DNA from: Carcharhinus longimanus
Lineage: Eukaryota
DNA: 64,000 nt
Assembly (NCBI GenBank): GCA_030264375.1
Contig: JASCQW010000133.1
Location: 31,923,290 to 31,987,289 of the forward strand
Direction: 5' to 3'
Position numbers and translations under genes: made by a program. Positions 37,478 through 51,128 of this stretch are shown here, in pieces. Below the pieces are notes generated by a model. It did not search any database and was not told the origin of the DNA. It saw only the letters and a program-made list of their open reading frames with translations. Every line of letters begins with the position of its first letter. Position 1 is the stretch's first letter.

Positions 37478-38559
37478 CTAGATTAATAAAACAGAAAAGA
37501 ACTAAGTTCATTCAGAAATGAATCTCAAATGCTTCCTTAATTTGATTTTGCTATGGGTTGCATCTGATTCTGTGTCAGAGTCTTATCACTATTTACTAAC
37601 TAAACTACAGCCTCTTAACTACGGGAGAATCTATCTTAGAAAAAGAGGTGCACAGCTAACACTTCTAACTACATGGAATGCACAAAGTAAAAGGATTGTT
37701 GGATGAAGAGTTAACATCTGAGGCAAATCTTATGGTGAAGCTTGAAGCTTTTTTGTGATAACTACGCTGAAGGGTGGCCAGGTGCTGGAAACGTGTTGGT
37801 GCTTTGCAGGTGGTAAGGATTATAAGACTCAGTTGCCAGTATTGCTCAGCATTGCTAGCCCACCCATTTCCCAAGACAAAAGATTTATGCTCAGTCATCA
37901 TGTGCAACGTCAAGCCAAGGTTCAGAGTCTGTCTGACTCGAAAAGGAAATGAAAAATTTCATCCAGGCTGTTGGAATATCAACAGTTAACTGCTTTTTCT
38001 GAGCCTGTGCACGATTGGGAGGATTAGATGGAGAGAAAATAGATCAGTCTATAAATATCATGAAGCTTTTCTAAATTGCACTGTACTTACCATGTGTGTT
38101 ACTTCAACTACATTTACTACCCAGTCCCCAAAGGAATTGCAAAGCTTGTACATTTGAGCAACAGGCAGTGCCAGTAAAAGGATCAAATAATATATACCTA
38201 CACATCTCCAGACTTTTGGAGAATTAAATCATGAGACACTATCTAGCAATCTCCCTTTTTTGCTGTGCATTTATTGCTAATCTGAAAAATCTAAAACAGA
38301 AAATGGGGCTTGACTTACAAGTTTCAAATAGTGACCATATATGACTGAATCTGATATCAGGTTCAGGAGGAAGGGAGAAAAGAGAGTCACAAACCAAGTT
38401 TTTAAATTTACGCAAGGCAAATTTCAAAGGGATGCAATCAAACACAATGAAATGATAGACTGCTAATGTGGTAACCAATTAACAGTGATATATCTTCAGA
38501 GTGGAATGTGGTTCTGATACAACATATATATATATACACCCCTAAAAGGCAAAGGTTCC

Positions 38560-41430
38560 TCTTCTTAGTTAACTAACCATAGTCAAAAAATGCGGCAAGA
38601 GACAGTGTAAAGCTTAAAAAAAAGCTTACAAAAATGTAAGAGAAAGTGACTGGGAGGACTATGAAAAAAACAAACAAAGTAATTCTATTGCAAAAATGGA
38701 ATACGAGGGGGAGAAAACTTGCAATGATGCCAAAGCTAATAGTTTTTTTTAAGAGAAAGGGGACCTTAGGATCATTAAAGATGGATGAAGGTAAAATCTC
38801 AATGGACAATGAAGGAATGTCAGACTTGTTAAATGAACACTTGATATTCATTTTCACAGCAGTGCAGGAGGACTAAATGCAAGGGATCCCAAAATAATGA
38901 AAGGAATTTAGACACTGCGATGTAAATCAATATGAAGAGAAAAATAATAGGACTTAAGATAGACAAGTTTCTAGGCTTGATGCTTTCATGAGGAAATTAC
39001 AGCTGGAACTGTCACAATTTTCAAAAGCTCCCGAGATTCAGGAATTGTGTTTTTGATTGGAAATTGACAGAAGTCACCATTATTTAAAGAAGGAAGGAAC
39101 ATAAGTTTCTGTAATCTATCATCAGAGACTGAGGACAGATAATTATCAACTGATCAAAGAGAATGAGCACAGCTTTGTGAAGAGTAGGTTATGTCTGACA
39201 AATCTGGTGGACTTTATTTTTAGGAGATAGGGGAATGTCAATGGATGTTGTCTATATGAATCTGCAGAAGACATTTAGTAAAGGAGTATTCTCTGATCAG
39301 CAGGATGTGACAGGTGTTCCCGAGACTTTTCTATTGCGTTCTCAACTATTCATCACATATATTATAAATAACCTGGAAGAAATAGGGAACTAAATATTCA
39401 AGTTTGCAAGTTACATTAAATAATGAGGCCCAGTAAACTGTGCAACTGGAAGCAGGAAATGAGAAGGGTTACAGACAAAATAGTGAATGGGCTATACTAG
39501 TGCAGATGACATTGAACGTAGAGAACTGTGAAGTAATTCACTTTGAATCTGTGAAATATGAAATTGGAATTAATTTTTAGCGGTGAGAAACTGGGAAATT
39601 TGGAGGTGAGTTTGGATGTTCAAATTACTAAAAGATAAAGCACAGGTTAAAAAAACGTATCCAAGAGGGCGAACAGAATGTAGTTATTACCTTATGGAGG
39701 TTGAAATAGGGAAATGAGGATGTGTTGTTTCAGCTGTAGACTCAGTCTGACCTCATCTGAAGTACTGTGTTCAGTTTTTGTTGTAAATTGGGAGAATAAC
39801 ATTAGGGAGCAGGAAGGATTTAAAACAATGGAGCTTTATTTTTAGGTGCATGTTCTCTAATATCACTGCTTCTTCTCCACCTGTTTGTCATGCTAGGGAC
39901 TTATGATGTCACTTAGATGGATTAGCCATTGCAAATGTGTGGGATTAAGCGGATAAGGCGGGGAATGTGTCTAGGTAAAGCGCTCTTTTGAAGGATCAAT
40001 GCAGGCTTGATGGACCAAATGACCTCCTTTTGCACTATGGTTTAAGCAATTACACAAATACAGTTTTCAGTAAACTAATAAGAATTAATACAAATACCTA
40101 ACATTTCCTCCCTCTTAAATTGAAAGCCCAACAAGTTCAAAACAAGTCAGTCTGTCACTATTAATAAGTTAAATGGTCTGGAGGTTGTCGCTCTTGAAAC
40201 GGTAAAGGGTGAACCTCTGACATCATCTTCTTTATACTGGTGGTAACCTCTGGCATTTTCATCTTTGCATGAACATCACTGGTAGTGGTTTAACCAGCAT
40301 TGATGTAGGAACTAGAGGTCGGCTTGGTATCTGATCAGTAGATGAGGTCTTGCTTTCCGCAACATGTCAGGGTGATAAGAAGGTTCAGGTCAGGACTTTA
40401 TACAGTTGAATCTAGATTCTCAGCACATTCTGATTCTGGTGGATTTTTTACTCCCAGCCAAGAACTCCCAACATGTCTCCTGCAAATAATGCCACCTGTG
40501 GTCAGAACAGTATGAGAGACATGTCCAGTCTGTGCAAGGATTGCGACAGGAATCCATTTCTCTCCTGGTGTAATTCCTATCCAAAACTCCCTGTCTTTGG
40601 TGTAAAACCCTATGTTTTGCTTTCCATTTGTCCTTGTCGTTTTTGTTGTACGATGTCTTTAGTTTTCGGAGAGTTCATCAGATCAAGTGTCAATTGTGCT
40701 TGTTCCTCCATCATTAATAATGCAGGAGGTGTCTTGGTTGTGGAATGTGCAGTATTCCTCACATTTTCATTGCAGCATCCCATGACACTGCAAATCCTCG
40801 CTTTTTTCTATGAATGGAGGTTTCCTATACACATGTTTCCAGCAGCTGTTCTTTCACACAAGGCAATAACCCAAGCTTCAGCCTCTTATTTAACGTGCCC
40901 AGCACTATGACTGTTGCAGAGTATCGTTATTCACGTCCACTTAGCCTGTCACGTTCAGAGCATGTGCAAAAAACTTATTTTCTAATTTCCCTGTTCCCAA
41001 CTTTTTCCTTGGTACATTCATCTTCCCAGCTGACTAACAAGTGCCGTTCATTTTCCTCATTGCTAGTTTTTATGTTGTAAATTAGAGAATGACACTAGGG
41101 AGCACAAAGGGTTTAAAACAGCAGAGCTTTATTTACAGGTATGTGTTTTCATTGTTTCTTTCTCTTGCTAGGGACCTGTGACATTACTTTCGGTGGATAC
41201 GCAACGACAGCAGAATTCAATAACTAATTAGAGTTCATACAAATACATATCAGTTTTGGGCATCAAATATTAGGATTTATGTAGTGGCCTTGGAGGGACA
41301 GGATGTTCGGAGTCTCAAAACTTTAATTCTGAGAACAGGTTGTATATATTTGGCTTGTATTCCAATGATTCAGAAAATTGAGCAGTGATCTAATCAAAGT
41401 CTTCAAAATATTAAGAGGATTGAATGGGGC
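38560..41430 (+). mobile_element. Old CR1 LINE interrupted by an LTR element
   Basis: Decayed RT motifs; the YCVQFWA motif is rejoined when 39779-41257 is removed. Confidence 0.7.
39779..41252 (-). mobile_element. Internally deleted Gypsy-type LTR element with both LTRs (39779-40103, 41073-41252) and GTTTT TSD
   Basis: Homologous TG...CA LTRs; polypurine tract at 40104-40116; decayed PBS-like TAGCAATGAGG next to the 5' LTR; pol C-terminus ERQPPDHLTY*; TSD at 39774-39778 and 41253-41257. Confidence 0.8.
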
Positions 41431-41444
41431 AGACATTTTGTTTT

Positions 41445-41830
41445 CTTTATTCTTTCACGGGATGAAGGTGTCACTAGTACGGTCAGCATTTGTTGCCCAT
41501 CCCTAATTGATATTTGAACTGCTCGGCTATTTCAAAGAACAGTTAAGAGTCAACCACATTTTTGTGGGTCTGGAGTCACATGGACTGAATATGGATGGCA
41601 GATTTTCTTCCCTAAAGGACATTAGGTCAATTATCTTCACATTAATGGACCAGATGTGTTTTTAAAAACAATCAATAATAGTTTTCAAGGTCACTATTTC
41701 TGAGACTAGCTTTATATTTCAGATTTGTGAACTGAATTTAATGATGGAATTTGAACACATATTTTCAGAGCATGAGTCTGGGTCTCTGGATTACTGGTCC
41801 AGTGATGTTATCATTATACTACATCTCTCC
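41445..41830 (-). mobile_element. tRNA-derived SINE, second family (also 48310-48665 and 54700-54940)
   Basis: Shared AAGAGTCAACCACATT..TGTGGGTCTGGAGTCA core in all three copies. Confidence 0.65.
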
Positions 41831-44800
41831 AACATAGCGCTATATATAAAGCCAATCTCCAATATACTTCTGACAGCTTTATCAACTTGTCCAGCCATTA
41901 AAAGCTGAAAATTAGTAAATTCAAGATTAACAATTAGGAGATTAGAGTGAAATGTTAAATTTAAAGTGGTTAGATTATGGAATTAAATACCAGGGAAGGC
42001 CATTAAAATGAGTTCAAGAACCAATTCTAGAAAAAACCTTTCTCAAAAAACTTTCAATTCATTCAATCTCATTCTTTCTGAATACTAATCAAAACAGACA
42101 CGTTATTCCCATTGGACTGGATGTAAACTACTCCTGTTATACCACGAGAGTGACCAAACGTGTTACAAATTTGGCTACATTACCTTTTGAAATTTAACAA
42201 TCCAAAGTGCAGCCAGATCATGGTATCGGTCAGTGTGCAGTGCTGACTTGATGCCAGCAGTGCTCAGTGCACCTGAACCATCTCATTGCAGAAAAGACCC
42301 TCAGCCAGCACAATTTGAAGGGACACAATCCAACAATCTCCCACTCTGCAACGCATTTGAATTCCTGCTGGTTTTGGTAGAGTAGGATTCTGACTGCAAT
42401 ACAGTAGACTGATGGTTATAAGTCAGCTGGCTTTAAAAGAGCAGCTAACCAGGTCTGCAATTAGATAGCTGATCTCTGCCTGGGCTACAATTGGCTCCTG
42501 TGTTCAACAATTCTGGGTTAGAGAGGGGATAATTAACCAAAATTCCTGCTCCTGATTGCTGTTCAGTGATCTCTTTTGGAAGAGTACTGGATAAACATGA
42601 GGATTTCTGTATTGTATATACTTACATAATAGTCCATCTTGTGTAAAGTTGACCAAAAAAAAACTTACTCTTTACTTACCATTCATTTGCTGCCTCTCCC
42701 GCAAGCTAGCTCTTTCCCTCTCACCGACTCTCTATTTTCCCATCTGCCATTTCCCTGCCCGACTCTCCTGGTCATTGCTTTCTTTTGCAAACATTTGTTT
42801 GTGTGCACAGTCTCAGGAGAGAGGCGGTGAGAGAGAGAGTGTGAGCAATGAAGCTGAGGGTAGGAGAGTCGGGCAGGGAGGCAGCAAATGGAAAAGTCAA
42901 GCAGGAAAGCGGCGAGTGGGAGATTCAGGCAGGAAGGCACTGAATAGGGAAGAGTCTCAGACAGCGGAACAGACCACTCCAAAATGATGCCAACGATGTC
43001 ATGCATTAGCCCCACTGCAATTTTAACCCCTCAAAAATATTACTCAAGTATAAATCAACCTAGCCTAGCTTTGGTCTTGACCTAGCCTAAAGCTTTGGTT
43101 TCAAAAACTCGACATTTACATGGGTCCATATGGTATTTAATGGTTATTTTTAAGTAGTTACGGTCAAAATGGAAGTTCCTGTTCCTCTGCCATGTTTCAA
43201 AATGAAAGATAGGAGATGGGCTATTTGCAGGGATCAGATAATGTTATTGCTACCTAAATTAATCATAATAAAATGGTCTTTATGAATTGAATGTTCTTCA
43301 TCATGACTATCCCAGAAAGCAGTCAAGATCATCTGGACAGCAGGGACAGGAGAAAACTGGTAGAGATGGATTGTTAAATAAATGACTTAAAAATGAACCT
43401 ATGGATAACATATTACATTTTTACATGCTGTTATGTCATGTTCTCAATTATTGCCCGTGAAATATTTGGTTGGATCCATTCATCATGTGAATATGATGTC
43501 GTGTTGGTACTCACTAACATCAGGTATTTCAAACTTGCATTCTTATGCAACAGTGGTTTACAGAAGGTAAAGAAACGCAGAAAAAAAAACTCACAAAAAT
43601 GACCACTACAGCAGGGATATCACAATCAAATAGATCAGGAATAGAATCTTTTACACAGAGAGGGTTGCCACCAGGGGAGATTCACACAGGAAAGGTGGTA
43701 ATGAATATAGATTCTGTGCCCTGTATAAACTATGGCTTTATATCAAGTTATTTAATTGCCTTCGAGCTTTGTCAGTTTTCAGATGATTTTTTGGAAAGAT
43801 TGCCAGGTGATAAACTTAGTTTCCTGCTGCAGAAGAAAATATCATCCCTAGATGCTCTCCCTTCCCAATGAAGAGGGCTAAGATGATTTTGAAGAAACTA
43901 TAAACAAAATGTAAGACTTAAAGGCATTCCTCAAGTTGAATGATCAAGTTTGCTAAAGTGCTGGCTGAAGGAGAGGAGAATAATGAGAGACAGAGAGACG
44001 ATGTAGGATGAAAAAAACTAACTACATGCTAATAAAGCTCATCGTGACGTCCCCACAATACACTCATAAAACTTCAACTATAGCATGGGAGAGCAAGATA
44101 GATGCTATAGTTTGACAGCATTGTTCTTACCAGCCTACGTCTTTTATAAATAATCCAGGCATCCTAGATGGAAAATAACATGACAAATTCTTTGTTTGAT
44201 TAGATCTCACTTTATAGAGCATTGATCGACTGATCAACTCACTGCAATGAAGTCCTGTTAAATTCAAATGTTTAAACTTTCAAATGCAGTCACATGGGCT
44301 GAGATTGCACTTCAGACTGAATCTTTCAATCATGGCTTTTCGTGTGGAAACAAAATACTATTATGTATATATGCATGATCAAACATGTGTGACCTGCAGT
44401 ATTGGAAACATTATCTAAGGTGCACTTAACTTAGAGAAAATATGTTTTCCATTATAAAAGGAAATGATTAATTTAAACATTTATTTTGAAAAAAGTAAAA
44501 CAACAAAAAAACCCCACACATATATGTATATAGATTGGTATATTCAAATGGATCTCACCAAGGATCACCACTCGTCATCTAACTTTGCTGGTCCTCGCCT
44601 ACATGTTTAGCAACATAGCAATGATAAAAAGTCTGTTCGCCAGAAATAACATCCCTCACCACTATGAGCACAAAACATTTCCTGGAAAAATGCAAAAAGA
44701 CACCCAAAATAAATTACTAACTGCAGTGGATAAACAATAACGTGTTAGTGTGGCATGATCTTTCAATGCAGGCAAAGTAGGTGCATGTTTGTATACAGTG

Positions 44801-45829
44801 TACCTTAAATCAGTGGCTTATTTTCAACATGTGTCCAGCATACATCTTCCTTTCATCTTACACATCAATCCTTGGATCTGAAGCAGAGCCAATCATCTTG
44901 CACAAGTGCCATTTATTCCACCTGCATGCTGGTTGTGGCTGAGTTAAAGATTATGCTGTACAAATACCATGCAGTTTGCCTGCTGCAATTAATCATTTAT
45001 TTTGGGTTTCCTTTTGAATGTTTCCAGGGGATATTTTGCAATAATTATGGAGAAGTATATTATGTCTGTGAGATTTCTTTTGCTTGGCTATTTTGTTAAG
45101 CACTACGTGTCAGACATGTTAGAGTAGATACAAAGTGAAGATCTTTCTCCATTACCCAATCTGGTCAGTCTGAGTCAGGCACAGAATGGTTAGCTACAGA
45201 TTTAAGCTCCTTCTACGCAGTGTGATTGAGCAATTCTGAAACAGGTGCAAGACCAGCTAGACACAATGCAAATTTCCTTTTCTACTGGTCCAATGTCAGA
45301 AGACTACCCTTCCTGCAAATAGTGTGACATTACTATCCTTGTAAACTCTTATAACAAGTAATGAGTATCTGATTAGGCAATGAGAAGGGACCAGCACATT
45401 ATAAGCAGGACAACAGAATGATGCAAATTCAAAAATATCAAATCAAACAGAGGCAACTATAAACCTGTAATCTTAATTGATTTTTTTTGTGTAGACTCAA
45501 TTACCCAGGGAACTTAAAAATTAGATGCATTAAAATAATAATTGACAACAGTTAACATGGATTCAGAATGATTCCTGTGTGAAAATGCATCTCAATCTCT
45601 TTGAAAAAACGGCCATTGGTAAGCTCCACAATTCAATACAAATAAATAAAAGACAATTTATGTCAGAAGGAAACAGGCATAACGTGTATGTATGAATGAT
45701 GTTGAAATAGTTGAAAGTGAAAAAGACCTAGGAGTCTCAGAGGATCCAATGTTCAACATACCCAACCAATGCAGGGCAATAATTAATATCAGAATGATGA
45801 ACTATACTGTTAACTTTGATTAGTGATAG

Positions 45830-46235
45830 CACTTGCATTTGAGTCAAAAGGCTGTGGGCTAAAGTTATATATTCAAATTATGGATTTGAATATATAACTT
45901 AAGCTGACAACTTCAGTGAAGTGCTGACAGAATAGTTCATTGTTGGTGCTGGTATATCTTTTAGATAATAAACCATGAGCCTGTTCCAGTGAACATAAAA
46001 TATATCCCAACATTATTTGAAGAATCGTAATAGTGTTCTTGAAGTTCTGACCAATATCCACCCCTCAACAACAATAGTTCTTATTAACTGCTCTTTGTGG
46101 GTCCTTGCAGTGTGCAAACTGGCTGAAATGCTTGCCTCAATATCAGTCATTAAACTCTGAAAACAATTTGTTAGGTATTAAGGGCTCTGAGACATCTTGA
46201 GGGTGAAAAGATTCTATATGAATGCAAGTTCTTTC
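45830..46235 (+). mobile_element. Deu-domain SINE, decayed
   Basis: GCTGACAACTTCAGTGAAGTGCTGA...GACCAATATCCACCCCTCAAC. Confidence 0.55.
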
Positions 46236-47840
46236 TTGCTTCATATTTGATGGTGATAAAGTAATAAACACCTTGAGTACTGTGCCTAATTCTGAGCACT
46301 GAGACACAGCAGTGTGAGAGAGTTAAAGACAGTACCAAAGGTGACAAGGATGATCTCCAATCTTAGCGGTACGAGTTATGCTGTAATACTGGAGATACAT
46401 TAGCTGATCAGCGTTAAAAGAAAGTGTTGGCGAAATGATTCAATAAAGGTATGTAAGATCACAATTCATATGAGAAGGGTTAGGTTAGAAAATAAAATTG
46501 CAAGAAGGGGACAAGGGGCCAGAAGTTGGAACTAATAAATAGGAAGTTTAGGATTTTTATTAGAAGTTTTCTTCAGGAGAGTGATCAATGCATGAAATTG
46601 ACTTCTGAATAGAAAAGTAGAATGAATTTTATTGAATTGTTTAAAAAGCAACAAGAAAGGAGGAATGGCATTCCTCAACCACAATTATCTTGAAACTTTG
46701 TACTTCACAAGATTTCAAGAATGCATCATATATTGTCCTAACTGATTTTGGAGATATACTGCTGCATGAGACACTTCAGAATGACTGATAGTATATTACA
46801 ATCTTTAAAAGACCTAGGAAGGTGGAGATTTGGGCTACTGAAGTTCCTCTCCACACCCTTCTAAAAGATCTTGTGCAGTTTTCATCATTCCGTGCGCAAA
46901 GGAGCTCACCTAGATTTTCTTGTTTTGAAAATATTTGGGGAATCAGGTTGACTTAATCATTTCTTAACCTTTTTTAAAATTGGGATCTATTTAAGCCATT
47001 ACTTGAACAAATTTGAAAGNNNNNNNNNNNNNNNNNNNNNNNNNNNNNNNNNNNNNNNNNNNNNNNNNNNNNNNNNNNNNNNNTCACTTCTATGAATTAA
47101 TTTTCAAAATTTATCCAGAGAGTTTAAAATCAAGACATTACATACACTATCAGAAAAAAATGTTTCATGACAAAATTACTGGAATCACTAAGGCAACACT
47201 GTAGTAATTTAAGAGGAGATTTTCTATTTTGGCGTTAATGATCAGAAAACAACTCCATTCCCTTTTTTCTGATTTTCTGTGCATTAACATGAATAGATTA
47301 AAATCAAGCAACTTAAACATTTTTTTCTACGCTCCCTGAATACCAGGCTGTGTTGCAGTGGAAAATTTCTGATATAGCTCCTATTTAAACTTTAGCTTGA
47401 TATCATGCCTTTAGCATTTTAAGTTCCTAATAACACCATGTGACAGAATAGATGATGATGAGCTGCAGAATGTGATTGTTAGCCAATGCATGCACTGACT
47501 ATAATTCACTGAGGGATTTATTACTTATGTTTTCAAACAAGTTAATTTATTGGTATGTAGATTTTTTATTGGATATATGTTATTGGTATGGTATTTCTTA
47601 CGTGTGTGTGCCTGGCATATTAGATTTAATAAAATATCATGGGCTAGATAAACAGGAATTCATCCAATTAATTCTACACTAATGTGTTTTATCTTTAGTG
47701 CCCCATACACTCAACACTCAAAGATGCTTTGTGAGAGACATTAACCTTGGTACAATTCTCATTCTCCTGGTGCTATTCTGACAGTGATACACCTACTCAC
47801 AGAACAGGGTCTTCACTTCTGTCAGCCTAACATCGCTTAC

Positions 47841-47977
47841 CCGTGACTCGCCCTCTCCTCTCCACTCCAACCGATTTGGAAAGAGGTAGAAATAACGACG
47901 TTGCCACTGAGTCAGGAAAGGGTTTCCAAGTTTCAGCATATAACCATGCATAATGCAGTCTTTACCTAGGGCATAAT
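47841..47977 (-). CDS. GRK3: GRK3 exon 19 equivalent (PH domain start): (D)[45 protein letters not shown]
   Basis: 137 nt; acceptor atacag|AT, donor CGG|gtaagc. Confidence 0.96.
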
Positions 47978-48309
47978 CTGTATGGAATATGAAAAGTGAC
48001 GTTAGTCCAGGTTCTCCTTGGAATGGGGATAAGTAAATTGATTTTGAATTCCTTAAAGTAATTTATCTCTAGTTTTCTTCTTTTTGCTTGTAAGCATGGT
48101 TGCATCCCTGCAGGCAGACAGGCTGCATACAGGTAGAAGACACCATTCAGGCAAGGCCCCTTTCCATTCTTCCTTTGTGCATGCTAGACATTCCATAATC
48201 CTTGATGATCCAGACAGGAGCAGAATGCTGGATTGTGCATGCAGCACTTTAGTCCATGGAACTGAACATTAGGGTTTCCATGGAATACAAAGGGGTGTGA
48301 TATACCTTT

Positions 48310-48665
48310 TAATATTCTTTCATGAGATGTGGACGTCACTGGTTGGGCCTATTCCTATTTGCCCTTGAACTGAGTGGCTTGCCTAGGCCAAAGGGCATTT
48401 TAAGAGTCAACCACATTGCTGTGGATCTGGACTCATATGTAGGCTAGACCAAGTAAGGATGACAGATTTCCTCCCCTAAAGAATATTAGTGAACCAAATG
48501 GAGTTTTATGACAATGGTTTGATGGTCATAATTAGACTTTTTTTATTGCATTCAAATTCTGCTGTCTGCCGTGGTGGGATTCAAACTCAGGTCCACAATG
48601 CCATGACCTTAGGTTTTTGGATTACTAGCTCAGGAACAATGCCACTACATCACTGACTCCCCATA
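48310..48665 (-). mobile_element. tRNA-derived SINE, second family
   Basis: Homologous to 41445-41830. Confidence 0.65.
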
Positions 48666-49565
48666 ACTGTAATATTATGGTGTGATTAAATTCCACCTTA
48701 TACACTACATTCAGATATGCATAACGAACCTCTGGAAGGATATAGTGGCCTTGGGAGTGAGACAGCACAGATTCATCAGAAGGGGACAGCTGTTAGAAAA
48801 GGGTTAATAACATGGACAGGTTTCATAAACAAGGCTTGTCTTCTTTTGAGTCTGGAAGATTAATGCATAATCTAATTGAGGCATGTAAGATGATTAAAGA
48901 TTTGATGCTGTAAATAGAGACAAACTACTTCTTTCAGTGTATGACTTGAAAACAGAGGTGTATAACCTTAAAATTAAGGCCAGGCCATTCAAAGATGATG
49001 TCAGAAAACACTGAAATTCTCTACTCTGAGGTTTGGGCATGGTCAATTGAAAATTTTGAAATTGAAATTGACAGGTTTTGTTGGACAAAGGCTTTAAAGG
49101 TTATGGAATCACAATGGGTTGATGGGAGTTGAAATTCAGATCAGCCACAATCTAACTGAATGATAAAACAGGCTAGTGAGGCTGAATGGCCAACCAATAC
49201 GCAGAGGTTAAAATAGCAGGCAGTAGAATGTCATTTTAAAGCATCCATTGACATGCATTTTCAACCTTTTTGTCAGGAGTTTAGTAGCACACAAGGGGAA
49301 CAAAAGACAAGGAAAAAAGCTATAGAGAATAAAAAGTGAAAATACTGAAAATATATAGGTCAGCCAGCATTTGTAGAAATAAAAGATAAGTCAACATATT
49401 GTGTATGAAGGTTATACACCAAAAAAGTCAACTTGTCTTGTTGCTTTACAAGCATTTACTGTCATGCTGGGTATTTCAAAGCATTTTCAGTTTTTATTTC
49501 AAGCCTATAGAAAATGATCTATGGTGCATCTGCATTGAAAATATCTCATTAGTGAACTTTCCTAC

Positions 49566-49728
49566 CTTCCTCATGACCAAGCATCTTATTCTTTGCTCTC
49601 TTCCTGACCTCGTTTTTATCAGTGTCAGCATTGACAGCATCGTACACAGTTTCTGCCACCTCTTGTTGCCATCGTTCTGATATCACCAGAGGGAAATTCT
49701 TATACAGTTCCTGATCACTATCCAACAG
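49566..49728 (-). CDS. GRK3: GRK3 exon 18 equivalent: [54 protein letters not shown](D)
   Basis: 163 nt; acceptor acatag|CTG, donor G|gtagg; pyrimidine-rich tract upstream on the minus strand. Confidence 0.95.
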
Positions 49729-50803
49729 CTATGTGGGAAAAACAAAAAAATACAAAGTGAGAAAGAGAGATGGAGAGTGACAGAGCAAGAATTTAATAGC
49801 AGGTAACAGGGGAGAGAAAGAAAGATGGGTAGTAGAGAGAAAATATTGTTGGGGGCAACAAGAGGAAGGGGAAGAATGCAGGTTGATGGCAATAGAAAAT
49901 TAGGTGAAAGGGAGAGGGAGAAAGAAAGAGGGAAAGGAGAAAAAATGCCAAGAGGGAGGGAAAAACAATAATAGAAAATTAATTAACATAACTTTCTGAA
50001 AACAATTAAACGTTTAACAAAATCTCACTTCATTTCCATTGATATTTGGCTGGATTTCAATCTGGCCATTTTATTTTACTAATACCATGTTTTTAGCTCC
50101 TTAGAGCCTGATGTACATACCTCAAAGTACTTTGCCCAGTGTGCTGTATTTGGTTGCTTTGTTAACTTTAGACATTTACCATCTGAAAGTATGTTCTCTT
50201 GAAATCAAACTTCTTAAAATGTTCTTTCATAACTTTTGTTTTTTTTGTATACCAGAACTCCTACTCATGGGCATTCCACAATTCTAGACATTCCTCCAGC
50301 CCTGAGGTGCCCAAAACCTGAAATTCCATTGTTTCAGATTTATAAAACATCCAATATCAAACAGGAATTGAGATAGGGGAAAGCCACTATCATAAATGGG
50401 ACAAAGCCACAATACACAGGCCATGGCAATCACACAAAGGCCAATGACTAATCAAGAGTAATCTGCCTACTCTACTCAGTTATATACATATGTCTCCACA
50501 GCTTTCACCAACATTCATTCATTACTTGACTGTACAGAATCCACAGGTTACATGTCTGCCACAAACACTGTATTTATTAAAACATCTGATGGTTACTCAG
50601 ATGTTACTATTATGCACAGGTGGACCAAGTCTGATTATTCAGGATGTTGCACAGATGGACCAACAGGTACTGGTTATATAGGTGCTACCATAACTGAGGT
50701 CCAATCGGCACCTATCATCATTCTGGTTAGGAATGCCACCGGTATTGTCTATTATGCAAGTGCATAATAAGTGCACAAGGTCACAGCATTATCACTGAAA
50801 CAC

Positions 50804-50902
50804 AGTTCTAATGAAGGGTCATTAACCTGACATATTAACGTTGTGTTGCTCTTCATAGATGCAGCCTGACCTGTTGAGTATTTTCAGAATTTTCAGTTTT
50901 TA
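50804..50902 (+). mobile_element. Penelope-derived short repeat (second subfamily) with degenerate hammerhead core
   Basis: AGTTCTAATGAAGGGTCATTAACCTGA...CATAGATGCAGCCTGACCTGTTGAGTATTTTCAG; related pieces at 36603-36685, 49335-49500, 61815-61900. Confidence 0.5.
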
Positions 50903-51032
50903 TGCTATTTGCACTTGCTCATTACATGAGTGCCACTTGTTTCATTAATACTTCTTATTTTACTAGGATATACTGGTATGACATGGTACCATGTCCACAG
51001 AAAAAAACAATACAAGAATATGCACGTAGTAC

Positions 51033-51128
51033 CTTGATGCCTTTTGTATCTTCTTCGTCAAATGATCCTATGTCAAATGCATCGGCTGCATTCACCTCTC
51101 CCCGAGGAGGAATGAGTGGAGGTGGATA
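51033..51128 (-). CDS. GRK3: GRK3 exon 17 equivalent (AGC C-tail): [32 protein letters not shown]
   Basis: 96 nt; acceptor tttcaag|TAT, donor AAG|gtacta; GRK2/3 signature peptide. Confidence 0.96.

Noticed and set aside
47791-47840. Alternative donors GTGAGT/GTAGGT downstream of exon 19
   Set aside because: Extensions of 40 or 44 nt shift the frame; the canonical donor is strong and gives the conserved exon size.
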